A stretch of DNA of 32,000 nt from Vibrio alginolyticus NBRC 15630 = ATCC 17749 (GTDB lineage Bacteria; Pseudomonadota; Gammaproteobacteria; Enterobacterales; Vibrionaceae): positions 1,410,001 to 1,442,000 of the forward strand of contig NC_022349.1 in NCBI RefSeq assembly GCF_000354175.2, given 5' to 3'. Made by a program: the position numbers and the translations under genes. Every line of letters begins with the position of its first letter. The stretch's first letter is position 1. Shown one piece after another: positions 11,242 through 19,858 of this stretch. A model generated the notes under the pieces. That model worked only from the letters and a program-made list of their open reading frames with translations. It was not told the origin of the DNA and did not search any database.

Positions 11242-12010
11242 CGAACGCCAACCTCTCCAGATAAATCAGTAGCTGTTTATAGGCAAACACACCACGACTA
11301 CCAGATGCAAAATGCGACGCTGGCAAGTGCTTTAAACTGGCATCGCGGAACTTGGTATCAATAGGCACCGCTGAGGTCCACACTTGATTTGGGTAATCTT
11401 TTTTCAGTTGCATCAATGTCTGCAATGACGCTTTCGTGCGCTTATCGTACATGGTTGGGACGATAGTCACTTTGAAACCGCCCGGGCGAGATTTTTGCAT
11501 AATGGTTAGCGTACGCATCATGCGCTCTAGACCTTTCATCGCCAAAAACTCTGTTTGAACAGGAATCAAAATTCGGTCACTGGCTGCCAACGCGTTCACC
11601 ATCATCACGCCAAGGATTGGCGGACAATCAATCAACACATAGTCATAGTCTTGTGAGACAGTTTGCAGCGCCCGTTTTAAGATTAATCCCATACCACTGC
11701 GATTACCCATTACGCGATCAAGCGTGGCAAGGGACATATGCGCGGGAATGATATCCATTCCTTCCAGCTCTGTTTCTAAAATCAACGGCTTAACCGTCTC
11801 ACGAGAAAACGTCTTCAACTGGAATAAATCAAATAGGCTCGAAGTTACTGCATCAGGATCATAACCGAGATAAGTAGTCAGTGAGGCGTGAGGATCAGTA
11901 TCAACCATCAATACTCGATGGCCTTTTTGGCTCAATAAGCCCGCCAATGTCACTGTTGAGGTGGTTTTACCCACGCCTCCTTTCTGGTTAGCTACACTCC
12001 AAACAATCAT
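11231..12010 (-). CDS. parC: ParA/MinD-family ATPase ParC (polar partitioning of chemotaxis arrays; not topoisomerase IV)
   Basis: Deviant Walker A NQKGGVGKTTST and Walker B-like YVLIDCPP. 259 aa. Sits between cheB and the CheW-like parP, as in Vibrio chemotaxis operons. Confidence 0.85.
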
Positions 12011-12018
12011 GATGAATC

Positions 12019-13131
12019 CTAAGCTAGGCCAACTTCCACCAACATGCGTTCAGCAATGCGGTCAAGCGGTAAATCTTCTGAAGAAATACCTGCTTTAGCA
12101 ACCGCTTGGGGCATGCCATAAACAACACAACTTTCTTCATCTTGTGCCCAAATAGTTGAGCCTGAAGACTTCAACATGCGAGCGCCCTCACGACCGTCTG
12201 CACCCATGCCTGTCAACACTAAAGAGAGCACTTTGTCGTCATATACTTTTGCGGCAGAACCAAAAGTCACATCCACACATGGTTTGTAGTTCATGCGGTC
12301 GCCGCCATCAATAATGCGAAGACGAGCAGCGCCCGCTCGTCCATCTACCATCATTTGTTTCCCACCTGGTGCAAGGTATGCCACACCGGGCTGTAACACA
12401 TCGCCATCTTGTGCTTCTTTCACTTGAATCTTACACAAGGTGTTCAAACGACTGGCAAACGCAGCAGTAAACGTTGCTGGCATGTGTTGAATCAATACAA
12501 TCGGATGCGGATAGTTCATCGGCAAGCGCGTCAGAATTTTTTGTAGAGCAACGGGGCCACCTGTTGATGTGCCAATTGCCGTCAGTTGATACTTCTTACC
12601 AGAAGCACGGTACTTTGTCGCAGCAGGTCGAGTTGGTGTTGGAGTCACAGGTGAAGCCGTTCTTGAACCTAATGATCGAGTAGTCGTGCTGGTACTCGCT
12701 GTTGGGCGAGCGATAGGTCGACGCATGAAAGCGCGCTTCGAGGCAATCTGAATCACACGCTGTTGAAGTAATGACACAGCTTCTTCACGGTTACGCGCAA
12801 TGTCCTCAAACTTTTTCGGTAAGAAGTCCAATGCGCCTGCATCTAGCGCATCAAGCGTAGCTTTCGCCCCGTCGTGGGTCAGGGACGAAAACATTAGAAT
12901 TGGCGTTGGAGCAGCGGCCATTATTTCACGTACAGCTGTAATGCCATCCATAACTGGCATTTCAATATCCATCGTGATGACGTCAGGTTTGAGGGATTTG
13001 GCTTTCTCAACCGCCTCTCTACCATTTACCGCAACGTCAATCACTTCTAGGCGCGATTCTGAGTTGATGATTTCGCTCACGCGACGTCGGAAAAAACTCG
13101 AATCATCAACGACTAGTACTTTAATCGCCAT
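12019..13131 (-). CDS. cheB: Chemotaxis response regulator protein-glutamate methylesterase CheB
   Basis: N-terminal receiver domain ([21 protein letters not shown]), a Ser/Thr/Pro-rich linker, and a methylesterase domain with [15 protein letters not shown] and TGMGADG. Confidence 0.93.
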   Translation of the reverse strand: MAIKVLVVDDSSFFRRRVSEIINSESRLEVIDVAVNGREAVEKAKSLKPDVITMDIEMPVMDGITAVREIMAAAPTPILMFSSLTHDGAKATLDALDAGALDFLPKKFEDIARNREEAVSLLQQRVIQIASKRAFMRRPIARPTASTSTTTRSLGSRTASPVTPTPTRPAATKYRASGKKYQLTAIGTSTGGPVALQKILTRLPMNYPHPIVLIQHMPATFTAAFASRLNTLCKIQVKEAQDGDVLQPGVAYLAPGGKQMMVDGRAGAARLRIIDGGDRMNYKPCVDVTFGSAAKVYDDKVLSLVLTGMGADGREGARMLKSSGSTIWAQDEESCVVYGMPQAVAKAGISSEDLPLDRIAERMLVEVGLA

Positions 13132-13160
13132 CTTATTCCTTTTAATAACGTCAGCTTTGC

Positions 13161-15401
13161 TTAAAGGCGTGAAGCCGCAGCATATCGCTTAAGTAAATCA
13201 GGCACATCTAGAATTAATGCAATATGGCCATCGCTAGTAATTGTCGCACCAGCCATACCTGGAGTGCCCTGTAATAGATTATCGAGAGGCTTAATAACCA
13301 CTTCTTCTTGACCAATAAGCGTATCCACAACAAAACCAACGCGTTGGTTACCAATCTGTACAATCACCACGTGACCGTGACCTGTACGCTCTTGGACGTT
13401 TTGCGATTTAGATGCTAACCAGTTTTGTAAGTAAAATAGTGGGATAGATTTCTCTCGCACAATGATCGTCAGCTGACCATCTACCACGTTTGTACGGCTA
13501 AGATCTAAGTGGAAAATTTCACTCACCGAAGCCAGTGGTAGAGCAAACGGATGACCGCCAACACCAACCATCAGAGTCGGTAAAATCGCTAACGTTAGTG
13601 GTACTTTGATCGTAATCTTAGTGCCCTTGCCTAGCTCAGAATCGATATCGATTGAACCGTTTAAGGTATTGATCGCCGTCTTAACCACGTCCATACCCAC
13701 ACCACGACCAGAGATGTCAGAAATTTTATCTTTACTTGAGAAACCAGGTGCGAAGATAAGGTTGAAGCACTCTTTGTCTGTTAAACGCGCCGCCGCATCT
13801 TCATCCATCATGCCACGCTTCACCGCGATGCCACGAAGTTTGTTCGGGTCCATACCGCCACCATCATCTACGATGGATAGTTCAATATGGTCCCCTTCTT
13901 GCGATGCTGACAAAATCACTTTACCTGTGCGTGATTTGCCTGCCTTCGCGCGTGCGTCTGGCATTTCAATACCGTGATCAACTGAGTTACGCACCAAGTG
14001 AATCAACGGATCGGCCAATGCTTCTACAAGGTTTTTATCGAGGTCGGTTTCTTCACCGCGCATTTCTAGCACGATGTCTTTATTTAGGTTACGAGCCAAG
14101 TCACGAACAACGCGTGGGAAGCGGCCAAACACTTTCTTAATTGGCTGCATACGCGTTTTCATTACCGCGCCTTGTAGATCCGCAGTTACCACGTCAAGGT
14201 TAGCGACCGCTTTGGACATCTCTTCGTTGTCGCTATTCAAACCAAGGCTTAATAGGCGGTTTCGAACCAATACGAGCTCACCCACCATGTTCATGATGGT
14301 ATCAAGTGTCGAGGTATCAACACGAACGGTTGCTTCAGCCTGAGGTTTTTTAACCGCTGGTGCTTTAGCTTCTTCTTTTACCGCGACTGGTTTAGATTCT
14401 GGCTTTGGTGCTGGCGCTGCTTGAACGGGTGCTGGCTTAGCAACAGGCTCAGGTTTCGCAGGGCTTTGCTCTACGTTTGCTGACGCTGGCTTCGTTGCCA
14501 TATCCAATTCTTCTAGCGTTGGACCTTTACCTGAACCATGTAGCTCATCGAGTAACTTTTCGAACTCTTCGTCCGTCATTAAGTCACTGTCTTGATTTGA
14601 TGAAGATGACACTGGAGCGGAAGGCTCTGCCGCTTTAGGTGGCTCTACTGGTACGGATGCAGATGCAGCAGCCTCTGCCGTAGAAGGGCTTTTTCCTACA
14701 CCGTGCAGTTCATCGAGTAAACGTTCAAACTCATCATCAGTGATATCACCACTTTCAACTGATGGTGCACTCGATTGAGGCGGTTCAGATGGCGTTGTAG
14801 GTGTCGCAGACATTGAGGTGCCTGGCGCTGAACCTTTACCATGAAGCTCATCCAGTAGCTTTTCGAATTCGTCTTGGGTAATTTCATCAACAGAGCCGAC
14901 ACTTGATGGTGCTGACGGCGCAGCAGGTTCTTCGATGATAGGCTCGGGAATAATAGGCTCTGGAGTAGCCACTGGTTCTTCAACTACGGTTGCCGCTACT
15001 TCATCTTCTGACTCAGGTTTGCATAGACGATGAAGTTCTTCAAGAAGCTCAGGGTCCGCAGCTTCTAACGGCTCACGATCTTGAACAGCCTGGAACTGGG
15101 TATTAACCGTATCCAAGGCTTTTAGCATCGTATCCATTAAGTTTTGCGTTACCGTGCGTTGACCGTTTCGTAAAACGTCGAACACGTTCTCCGCACCATG
15201 ACAAGTATCGACTAGCTCTGCCAATGAAAGGAAGCCGGCACCGCCTTTTACGGTATGAAACCCGCGGAAAATAGCATTAAGTAAGTCTTTGTCTTCTGGG
15301 TTATTTTCTAATTCAACCAACTGCTCAGAAAGCAGCTCGAGAATTTCCCCAGCCTCAATGAGAAAGTCCTGAAGAATATCTTCGTCTAAATCGTAGCTCA
15401 T
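13161..15401 (-). CDS. cheA: Chemotaxis histidine kinase CheA
   Basis: P1/HPt domain with [12 protein letters not shown] (phospho-His49). About 200 aa of low-complexity linker. P3 ([20 protein letters not shown]). P4 with N-box [13 protein letters not shown]1 DDGGGMD and G2 [10 protein letters not shown]5 is a CheW-like domain at the C-terminus. Confidence 0.95.
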   Translation of the reverse strand: MSYDLDEDILQDFLIEAGEILELLSEQLVELENNPEDKDLLNAIFRGFHTVKGGAGFLSLAELVDTCHGAENVFDVLRNGQRTVTQNLMDTMLKALDTVNTQFQAVQDREPLEAADPELLEELHRLCKPESEDEVAATVVEEPVATPEPIIPEPIIEEPAAPSAPSSVGSVDEITQDEFEKLLDELHGKGSAPGTSMSATPTTPSEPPQSSAPSVESGDITDDEFERLLDELHGVGKSPSTAEAAASASVPVEPPKAAEPSAPVSSSSNQDSDLMTDEEFEKLLDELHGSGKGPTLEELDMATKPASANVEQSPAKPEPVAKPAPVQAAPAPKPESKPVAVKEEAKAPAVKKPQAEATVRVDTSTLDTIMNMVGELVLVRNRLLSLGLNSDNEEMSKAVANLDVVTADLQGAVMKTRMQPIKKVFGRFPRVVRDLARNLNKDIVLEMRGEETDLDKNLVEALADPLIHLVRNSVDHGIEMPDARAKAGKSRTGKVILSASQEGDHIELSIVDDGGGMDPNKLRGIAVKRGMMDEDAAARLTDKECFNLIFAPGFSSKDKISDISGRGVGMDVVKTAINTLNGSIDIDSELGKGTKITIKVPLTLAILPTLMVGVGGHPFALPLASVSEIFHLDLSRTNVVDGQLTIIVREKSIPLFYLQNWLASKSQNVQERTGHGHVVIVQIGNQRVGFVVDTLIGQEEVVIKPLDNLLQGTPGMAGATITSDGHIALILDVPDLLKRYAAASRL
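14526..14885 (-). repeat. Three dispersed copies of an approx. 18-aa motif (D-[DE]-E-F-E-[KR]-L-L-D-E-L-H-G-x-G-K) in the CheA P1-P3 linker
   Basis: Copy 1, [18 protein letters not shown], aa 173-190 (14832-14885). Copy 2, [19 protein letters not shown], aa 219-237 (14691-14747). Copy 3, [19 protein letters not shown], aa 274-292 (14526-14582). A degenerate relative, [11 protein letters not shown], lies at aa 116-126. Confidence 0.9.
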
Positions 15402-15410
15402 ACGTTACCT

Positions 15411-16151
15411 TTAAAATCCAAGACTGGACAACAAGTCATCGACTTCGTCCTGCGATGAAACCGCATCTTCTCTCAGTTCTGGATGAAGAATCGGGCCTTC
15501 GGCTTCGCTTGTTTGTGTATTCTTTTTATCTGCCGGTTCTGACAAAACTTGAATGTGTTCTTCAAGTTTATTTCCAGAGAATACGGTTAGGATTTCCACT
15601 AAGCGGCCTTCAACTTCATTAACCAACGTAATTACGCGGCGAATGATTTGGCCAGTTAGGTCTTGGAAGTCTTGCGCCATGAGAATTTCGGTCAACTGGC
15701 CGCGCAATTCAGTGCTGTCCCCTTCGACTTGCACTAATAGCCCGTCGATTCGGTGGCACAGTGCTTTAAATTCGCTTAATTCTATGCGCCCGTGCATGAG
15801 TTCATTCCATTGAGGACGAACTTTTAGAAGGCAATCATGCAGGTTGTCAGCGATAGGAAGGCAGCAGTCGACCGCATCCATTGTTTTGTTGGCTGCAAGC
15901 TCTGTCTTCTCGATCACATAATTGAGACGATCCCTAGCGTTAGGGATTTCGTCTTTCGCAATTTCGGTCATGCGCTGATCGAGACTGAACTGCTTGAGTG
16001 ATTCGTGAAGGTCTCGAGTTAACGCTCCAATTTCTTGCAGCATTGGGTTATCGGCACCTTCGTAGATCGAGGCAACAAGCATATTGGCTTGGTCTTGTTC
16101 CCCGTTTTCTAGCATTTGAACGAGTGACTTCGCCTGCTCTAGTGAGATCAT
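15411..16151 (-). CDS. cheZ: CheY-P phosphatase CheZ
   Basis: Catalytic-Gln context MAQDFQDLTGQIIRRV and the C-terminal CheY-binding peptide ...DEVDDLLSSLGF. 246 aa. Confidence 0.93.
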   Translation of the reverse strand: MISLEQAKSLVQMLENGEQDQANMLVASIYEGADNPMLQEIGALTRDLHESLKQFSLDQRMTEIAKDEIPNARDRLNYVIEKTELAANKTMDAVDCCLPIADNLHDCLLKVRPQWNELMHGRIELSEFKALCHRIDGLLVQVEGDSTELRGQLTEILMAQDFQDLTGQIIRRVITLVNEVEGRLVEILTVFSGNKLEEHIQVLSEPADKKNTQTSEAEGPILHPELREDAVSSQDEVDDLLSSLGF

Positions 16152-16204
16152 TCTGAATAGACCCTTTTACGTTTAGTTCTTCTTATCACTTTGAAAACGC
16201 TAAA

Positions 16205-16247
16205 CGAGTCATTTAATAGGTATTTAATAATTGGTATGAATGACTCG
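16205..16247 (-). other. Inverted repeat (9-bp stem, 25-nt AT-rich loop) in the cheY-cheZ spacer
   Basis: cgagtcatt (16205-16213) is perfectly complementary to aatgactcg (16239-16247). On the minus-strand RNA the hairpin is followed by UUUAGCGUUUUC. Confidence 0.6.
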
Positions 16248-16269
16248 AATAACAAAGAGAAAGAGAGAG

Positions 16270-16662
16270 TTATAAACGCTCGAAAATTTTATCTAATTTT
16301 TCTTTTAATGTTGCAGCAGTAAATGGCTTAACAATGTAGCCGTTTACACCTGCTTGAGCAGCTTCAATGATCTGCTCACGCTTCGCTTCAGCCGTGATCA
16401 TTAGAACTGGCAGATGCTTAAGTTCTGCATCCGCGCGGATGTGTTTAAGCAAATCGATGCCTTGCATACCTGGCATGTTCCAGTCAGTTACAACAAAATC
16501 GAAGTCACCTTTTTTCAGCATTGGTAATGCGGTTAAACCATCGTCCGCTTCTTGAGTGTTATTGAAACCCAAGTCACGAAGCAGGTTTTTAACAATACGG
16601 CGCATTGTTGAGAAATCATCAACAATAAGGATCTTCATGTTTTTATTCAAAATTGCCTCCAC
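16270..16662 (-). CDS. cheY: Chemotaxis response regulator CheY
   Basis: Receiver domain with DD (15-16), phospho-acceptor [12 protein letters not shown] (D60) and IVKPF (K112). The 130-aa form starting at the GTG ([16 protein letters not shown]) matches the D60 numbering I recall for V. cholerae CheY3. Alternative starts are the TTG at 16650 (GGAGG 5 nt upstream) and the ATG at 16638. Confidence 0.93.
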   Translation of the reverse strand: MEAILNKNMKILIVDDFSTMRRIVKNLLRDLGFNNTQEADDGLTALPMLKKGDFDFVVTDWNMPGMQGIDLLKHIRADAELKHLPVLMITAEAKREQIIEAAQAGVNGYIVKPFTAATLKEKLDKIFERL

Positions 16663-16683
16663 TGAATCGTAAAATCAGTGTTT

Positions 16684-17421
16684 TTAGTCATTTTGTGTCC
16701 ACGCACTGAGCTTGGTACGTAAACGTTGCATCGCTTGACTCAGTATTTGACTTACGCGAGATTCGCTTACGCCTAACACATCGCCAATTTCTTTCAAATT
16801 GAGTTCTTCATCATAATAAAGCGAAAGAACCAAAGCTTCACGCTCTGGAAGCTGTTTTATTGATTCAACCAGTGCTTTTCGAAATGATTCATCAACTACC
16901 CCTTTGAATGGGTTGCTGTCATCGGTTTCATCCGCCGGTGAAATCACATCATCAGAAACGCCTAAATCTTCAATACCGACTAATTTTGAGCAGTTGATAT
17001 CGGTAAGAGCACTATGATATTGATCCAGTGTCATACCGAGATGCGTGGCTACTTCAGAATCAGTAGGATCTCGATTTAATTCGCCTTCCAGCTCCGCAAT
17101 CGCTTGGTTAATCTCTCGATTATTTTTATGAACAGAACGCGGTACCCAATCGCCTTTACGCATGTCATCTAACATTGCGCCACGAATACGGATACCTGCA
17201 TAAGTTTCAAAGCTCGCACCTTTAGAACCATCATAATTCTGCTGAGCTTCGATAAGACCGATCATGCCGGCCTGAATTAAATCCTCTACCTGAACACTCG
17301 GCGGTAAACGGCCTAGTAGGTGGTGAGCAATGCGCTTAACCAACACTGAATAACGTTCAATGAACGCCTGCTGGCTATTAAATTTGCCATGTTGGTCATA
17401 GGTTATCGCTTTATTCACCAA
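16684..17421 (-). CDS. fliA: Flagellar sigma factor FliA (sigma28)
   Basis: Sigma70-family regions 2-4 (DLIQAGMIGLIEAQQNYD; LNLKEIGDVLGVSESRVSQILSQA, the helix-turn-helix of region 4.2). 245 aa. 11-nt overlap with flhG. Confidence 0.93.
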   Translation of the reverse strand: MVNKAITYDQHGKFNSQQAFIERYSVLVKRIAHHLLGRLPPSVQVEDLIQAGMIGLIEAQQNYDGSKGASFETYAGIRIRGAMLDDMRKGDWVPRSVHKNNREINQAIAELEGELNRDPTDSEVATHLGMTLDQYHSALTDINCSKLVGIEDLGVSDDVISPADETDDSNPFKGVVDESFRKALVESIKQLPEREALVLSLYYDEELNLKEIGDVLGVSESRVSQILSQAMQRLRTKLSAWTQND

Positions 17422-18298
17422 AAGGGTCCTCTGCGAATTCGGTACGATTTAGCAACCTTTCCACAAAAAATTCCAAGTGTCCACTTGGTGTTTTCGGTAG
17501 TGGCCACGTCAACGCTTTGTTTGCTAGTGAGCTGATAGCTAAAGCGGCAGGCGAGCGTGGGAACGCATCAACGACAATTTTTTGTCTTTTTACAGCCTGT
17601 CGTACTTTATCATCTAATGGAATACATGCTACGAGTTCAAGGCTAACATTCAAGAATCGCTCTGTGACTAGTGTCAACTTTGCAAACAATTCTCGCCCTT
17701 CACGGTAGCTTCTGACCATATTTGCTACAACTTTAAAGCGTTGAACTTGGTGTTCTTTACTCAACAGCTTGATTAATGCATAGGCATCTGTGATTGACGT
17801 CGGTTCATCACACACAACTACAACCACATCTTGAGCTGCTCGCGAAAAACTGATTACCATGTCAGAGATACCAGCAGCGGTATCAATCAGCAGGACATCC
17901 ATTTCGTCTTCAAGACTACCAAATGCTCGGATGAGTCCAGCATGCTGAGCGTGAGAAAGCTCTGTCATGCTCTGTGTGCCAGAAGTTGCAGGAATTATCT
18001 TTATACCATAAGGCCCTTCGACAATCGCATCTTTTAGCTCACATTCACCCGCTAAGACATGTCCTAGATTACGTTTTGCACGAATTCCGAGCATCACGTC
18101 CACATTGGCCAGACCTAAATCAGCGTCGAGAACCATCACCTTCTTGCCTTGGCGAGCCATACAAATCGCCAGACCCAGTGTTACGTTTGATTTCCCCACA
18201 CCACCTTTGCCGCCAGTAACAGCAATCACTTTGGTCAACGATGGTTGTGTTAAGCGACGGAGGCCGCTTGCTTGATCGTGTATCATATTCTCAGTCAT
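17411..18298 (-). CDS. flhG: Flagellar number regulator FlhG (FleN; MinD-like ATPase)
   Basis: N-terminal FlhF-activating motif DQASGLRRL, deviant Walker A GGKGGVGKSN, and a C-terminal amphipathic helix (LEFFVERLLNR). Confidence 0.92.
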   Translation of the reverse strand: MTENMIHDQASGLRRLTQPSLTKVIAVTGGKGGVGKSNVTLGLAICMARQGKKVMVLDADLGLANVDVMLGIRAKRNLGHVLAGECELKDAIVEGPYGIKIIPATSGTQSMTELSHAQHAGLIRAFGSLEDEMDVLLIDTAAGISDMVISFSRAAQDVVVVVCDEPTSITDAYALIKLLSKEHQVQRFKVVANMVRSYREGRELFAKLTLVTERFLNVSLELVACIPLDDKVRQAVKRQKIVVDAFPRSPAALAISSLANKALTWPLPKTPSGHLEFFVERLLNRTEFAEDPFGE

Positions 18299-18312
18299 AG
18301 TAGTCCGCCGCC

Positions 18313-19830
18313 TTAGAGTCCTTCACTGTCACTGTTCCAAAAGTGAGGTTCGTTCTCTGTCGACTTCTCTAACAGTTCATTTGCTTTCGCAAGCATATAT
18401 TTTGGTTGCGCTATCACAATGTCTTCTGGTACGCGCTGACCATTAGCGATGTAAGCTACTGGCATTGCGTTTTGAATCACTACACTGATGAATTCGCCTA
18501 GGCTTAATGACTCATCAAGCTTCGTCATAATACAACCCGAAAGTGGTATACGTCGGAAGTGATCCAGCGTTTCTTGTAGAACACGACGTTGTGCGGTAGC
18601 CGGCAAAACAAGGTAGCTGTGAATCACTTCTCCGCTCTCTTGCATTAGAGTGTCGAGCTGCTCGGAAAGCCTCACATCTCGTTGCCCCATCCCTGCCGTA
18701 TCGACCAAAATCAGTCTTCTGTTTCTTAGCTGATATATAACATCGGCTAACTCGTTAGAATCTTTAGCAACTCTTACGGGACAACCCATGATTCTTCCGT
18801 AAATTGAGAGTTGCTCATGTGCACCTATGCGATATGTATCTGTTGTCACAAGGGCCACATTGTCGGCACCGTATTCCATGGCTGCGCGTGCTGCGAGTTT
18901 CGCTACGGTTGTTGTTTTCCCAACCCCAGTCGGACCCAACAATGCGACTACGCCACCACGTTTTAAAATGTCCTGTTTAGGAATATTGATTTGATCCGCC
19001 ACCAGCGACAATAACGCTTTCCACGCTCGCGCTGGCTTTGTATCTTCCGGAATATAACAGGCCATCTGGTCTGCTAACTCCGGAGAAACGCCCATTCGCT
19101 CTAAGCGCTTAATCAGCATTGCTCTTAGCGGCTCACGGCGTTCTACTTCTTGCCACATCAGGCCAGAAACTTGGTGCTCCAACAGACGACGAATTGACGT
19201 CATCTCTTCGCGCATGCTTTCTAGCTCATCGGCCGATTCGTCACGCTCATCACTTGGGCGACGTCGGTCATATCGCGTCGGATCCAGCTTGGGCGTCGGA
19301 CGTTCAAATCGATTGTCCTGTGCGATTAGCTTCGCCAAAGGTGAATCTGGTTGATATGGCGCTGGCTTTTCTTGGTTGTAGCCGTCGCGATGCTTATTTT
19401 GGCGTTGCAGCAAAGCAGAGAGCGAATCTTCATTTTCCGCTACGTGATCGTCAGCATCTGCTGCACCACCGCTATATTGCTTAAGCATATTAGCGAATCG
19501 CTGCGTCATTGAGCCTGTTTTTTCATTGTTACTGTTATTACTGTTCAGGCTAATTTTATCTTCATCTAAATGACGATCTTGGTAACGATCAGCAGAAGAC
19601 GATGACATTTGACGATGTTCGTTATAGCGATTCGATTGAGAAGCACCGCGATTTTGCTGTGACGCTGCGCTTGCTTGAGGCGGATTAGATTCACTATCTA
19701 TCGCCGCAACAATCGCTACTCCACCAGCCACTTTCTTGTTTGACATGATCACAGCTTCCGCGCCTAACTCCTCTTTCACTTGGAGCAGCGCCGTTCTCAT
19801 GTCTTTGGCAAAAAATCGCTTTATTTTCAA
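18313..19830 (-). CDS. flhF: Flagellar placement SRP-type GTPase FlhF
   Basis: B-domain start MKIKRFFAKDMRTALLQVKEELG, a low-complexity middle region, and an NG domain with G1 LLGPTGVGKTTT, G3 DTAGMGQ and G4 TKLDES. Confidence 0.93.
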   Translation of the reverse strand: MKIKRFFAKDMRTALLQVKEELGAEAVIMSNKKVAGGVAIVAAIDSESNPPQASAASQQNRGASQSNRYNEHRQMSSSSADRYQDRHLDEDKISLNSNNSNNEKTGSMTQRFANMLKQYSGGAADADDHVAENEDSLSALLQRQNKHRDGYNQEKPAPYQPDSPLAKLIAQDNRFERPTPKLDPTRYDRRRPSDERDESADELESMREEMTSIRRLLEHQVSGLMWQEVERREPLRAMLIKRLERMGVSPELADQMACYIPEDTKPARAWKALLSLVADQINIPKQDILKRGGVVALLGPTGVGKTTTVAKLAARAAMEYGADNVALVTTDTYRIGAHEQLSIYGRIMGCPVRVAKDSNELADVIYQLRNRRLILVDTAGMGQRDVRLSEQLDTLMQESGEVIHSYLVLPATAQRRVLQETLDHFRRIPLSGCIMTKLDESLSLGEFISVVIQNAMPVAYIANGQRVPEDIVIAQPKYMLAKANELLEKSTENEPHFWNSDSEGL

Positions 19831-19858
19831 ACTATGAATCCATTAATGATGCGTGAGA

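Noticed and set aside
16048-16055. A perfect sigma28 -10 element, GCCGATAA, lies on the minus strand inside cheZ.
   Set aside because: No TAAAG-type -35 element sits at the required 11-15 nt spacing upstream. The string simply encodes GADNP within the cheZ ORF, so it is probably a chance match.
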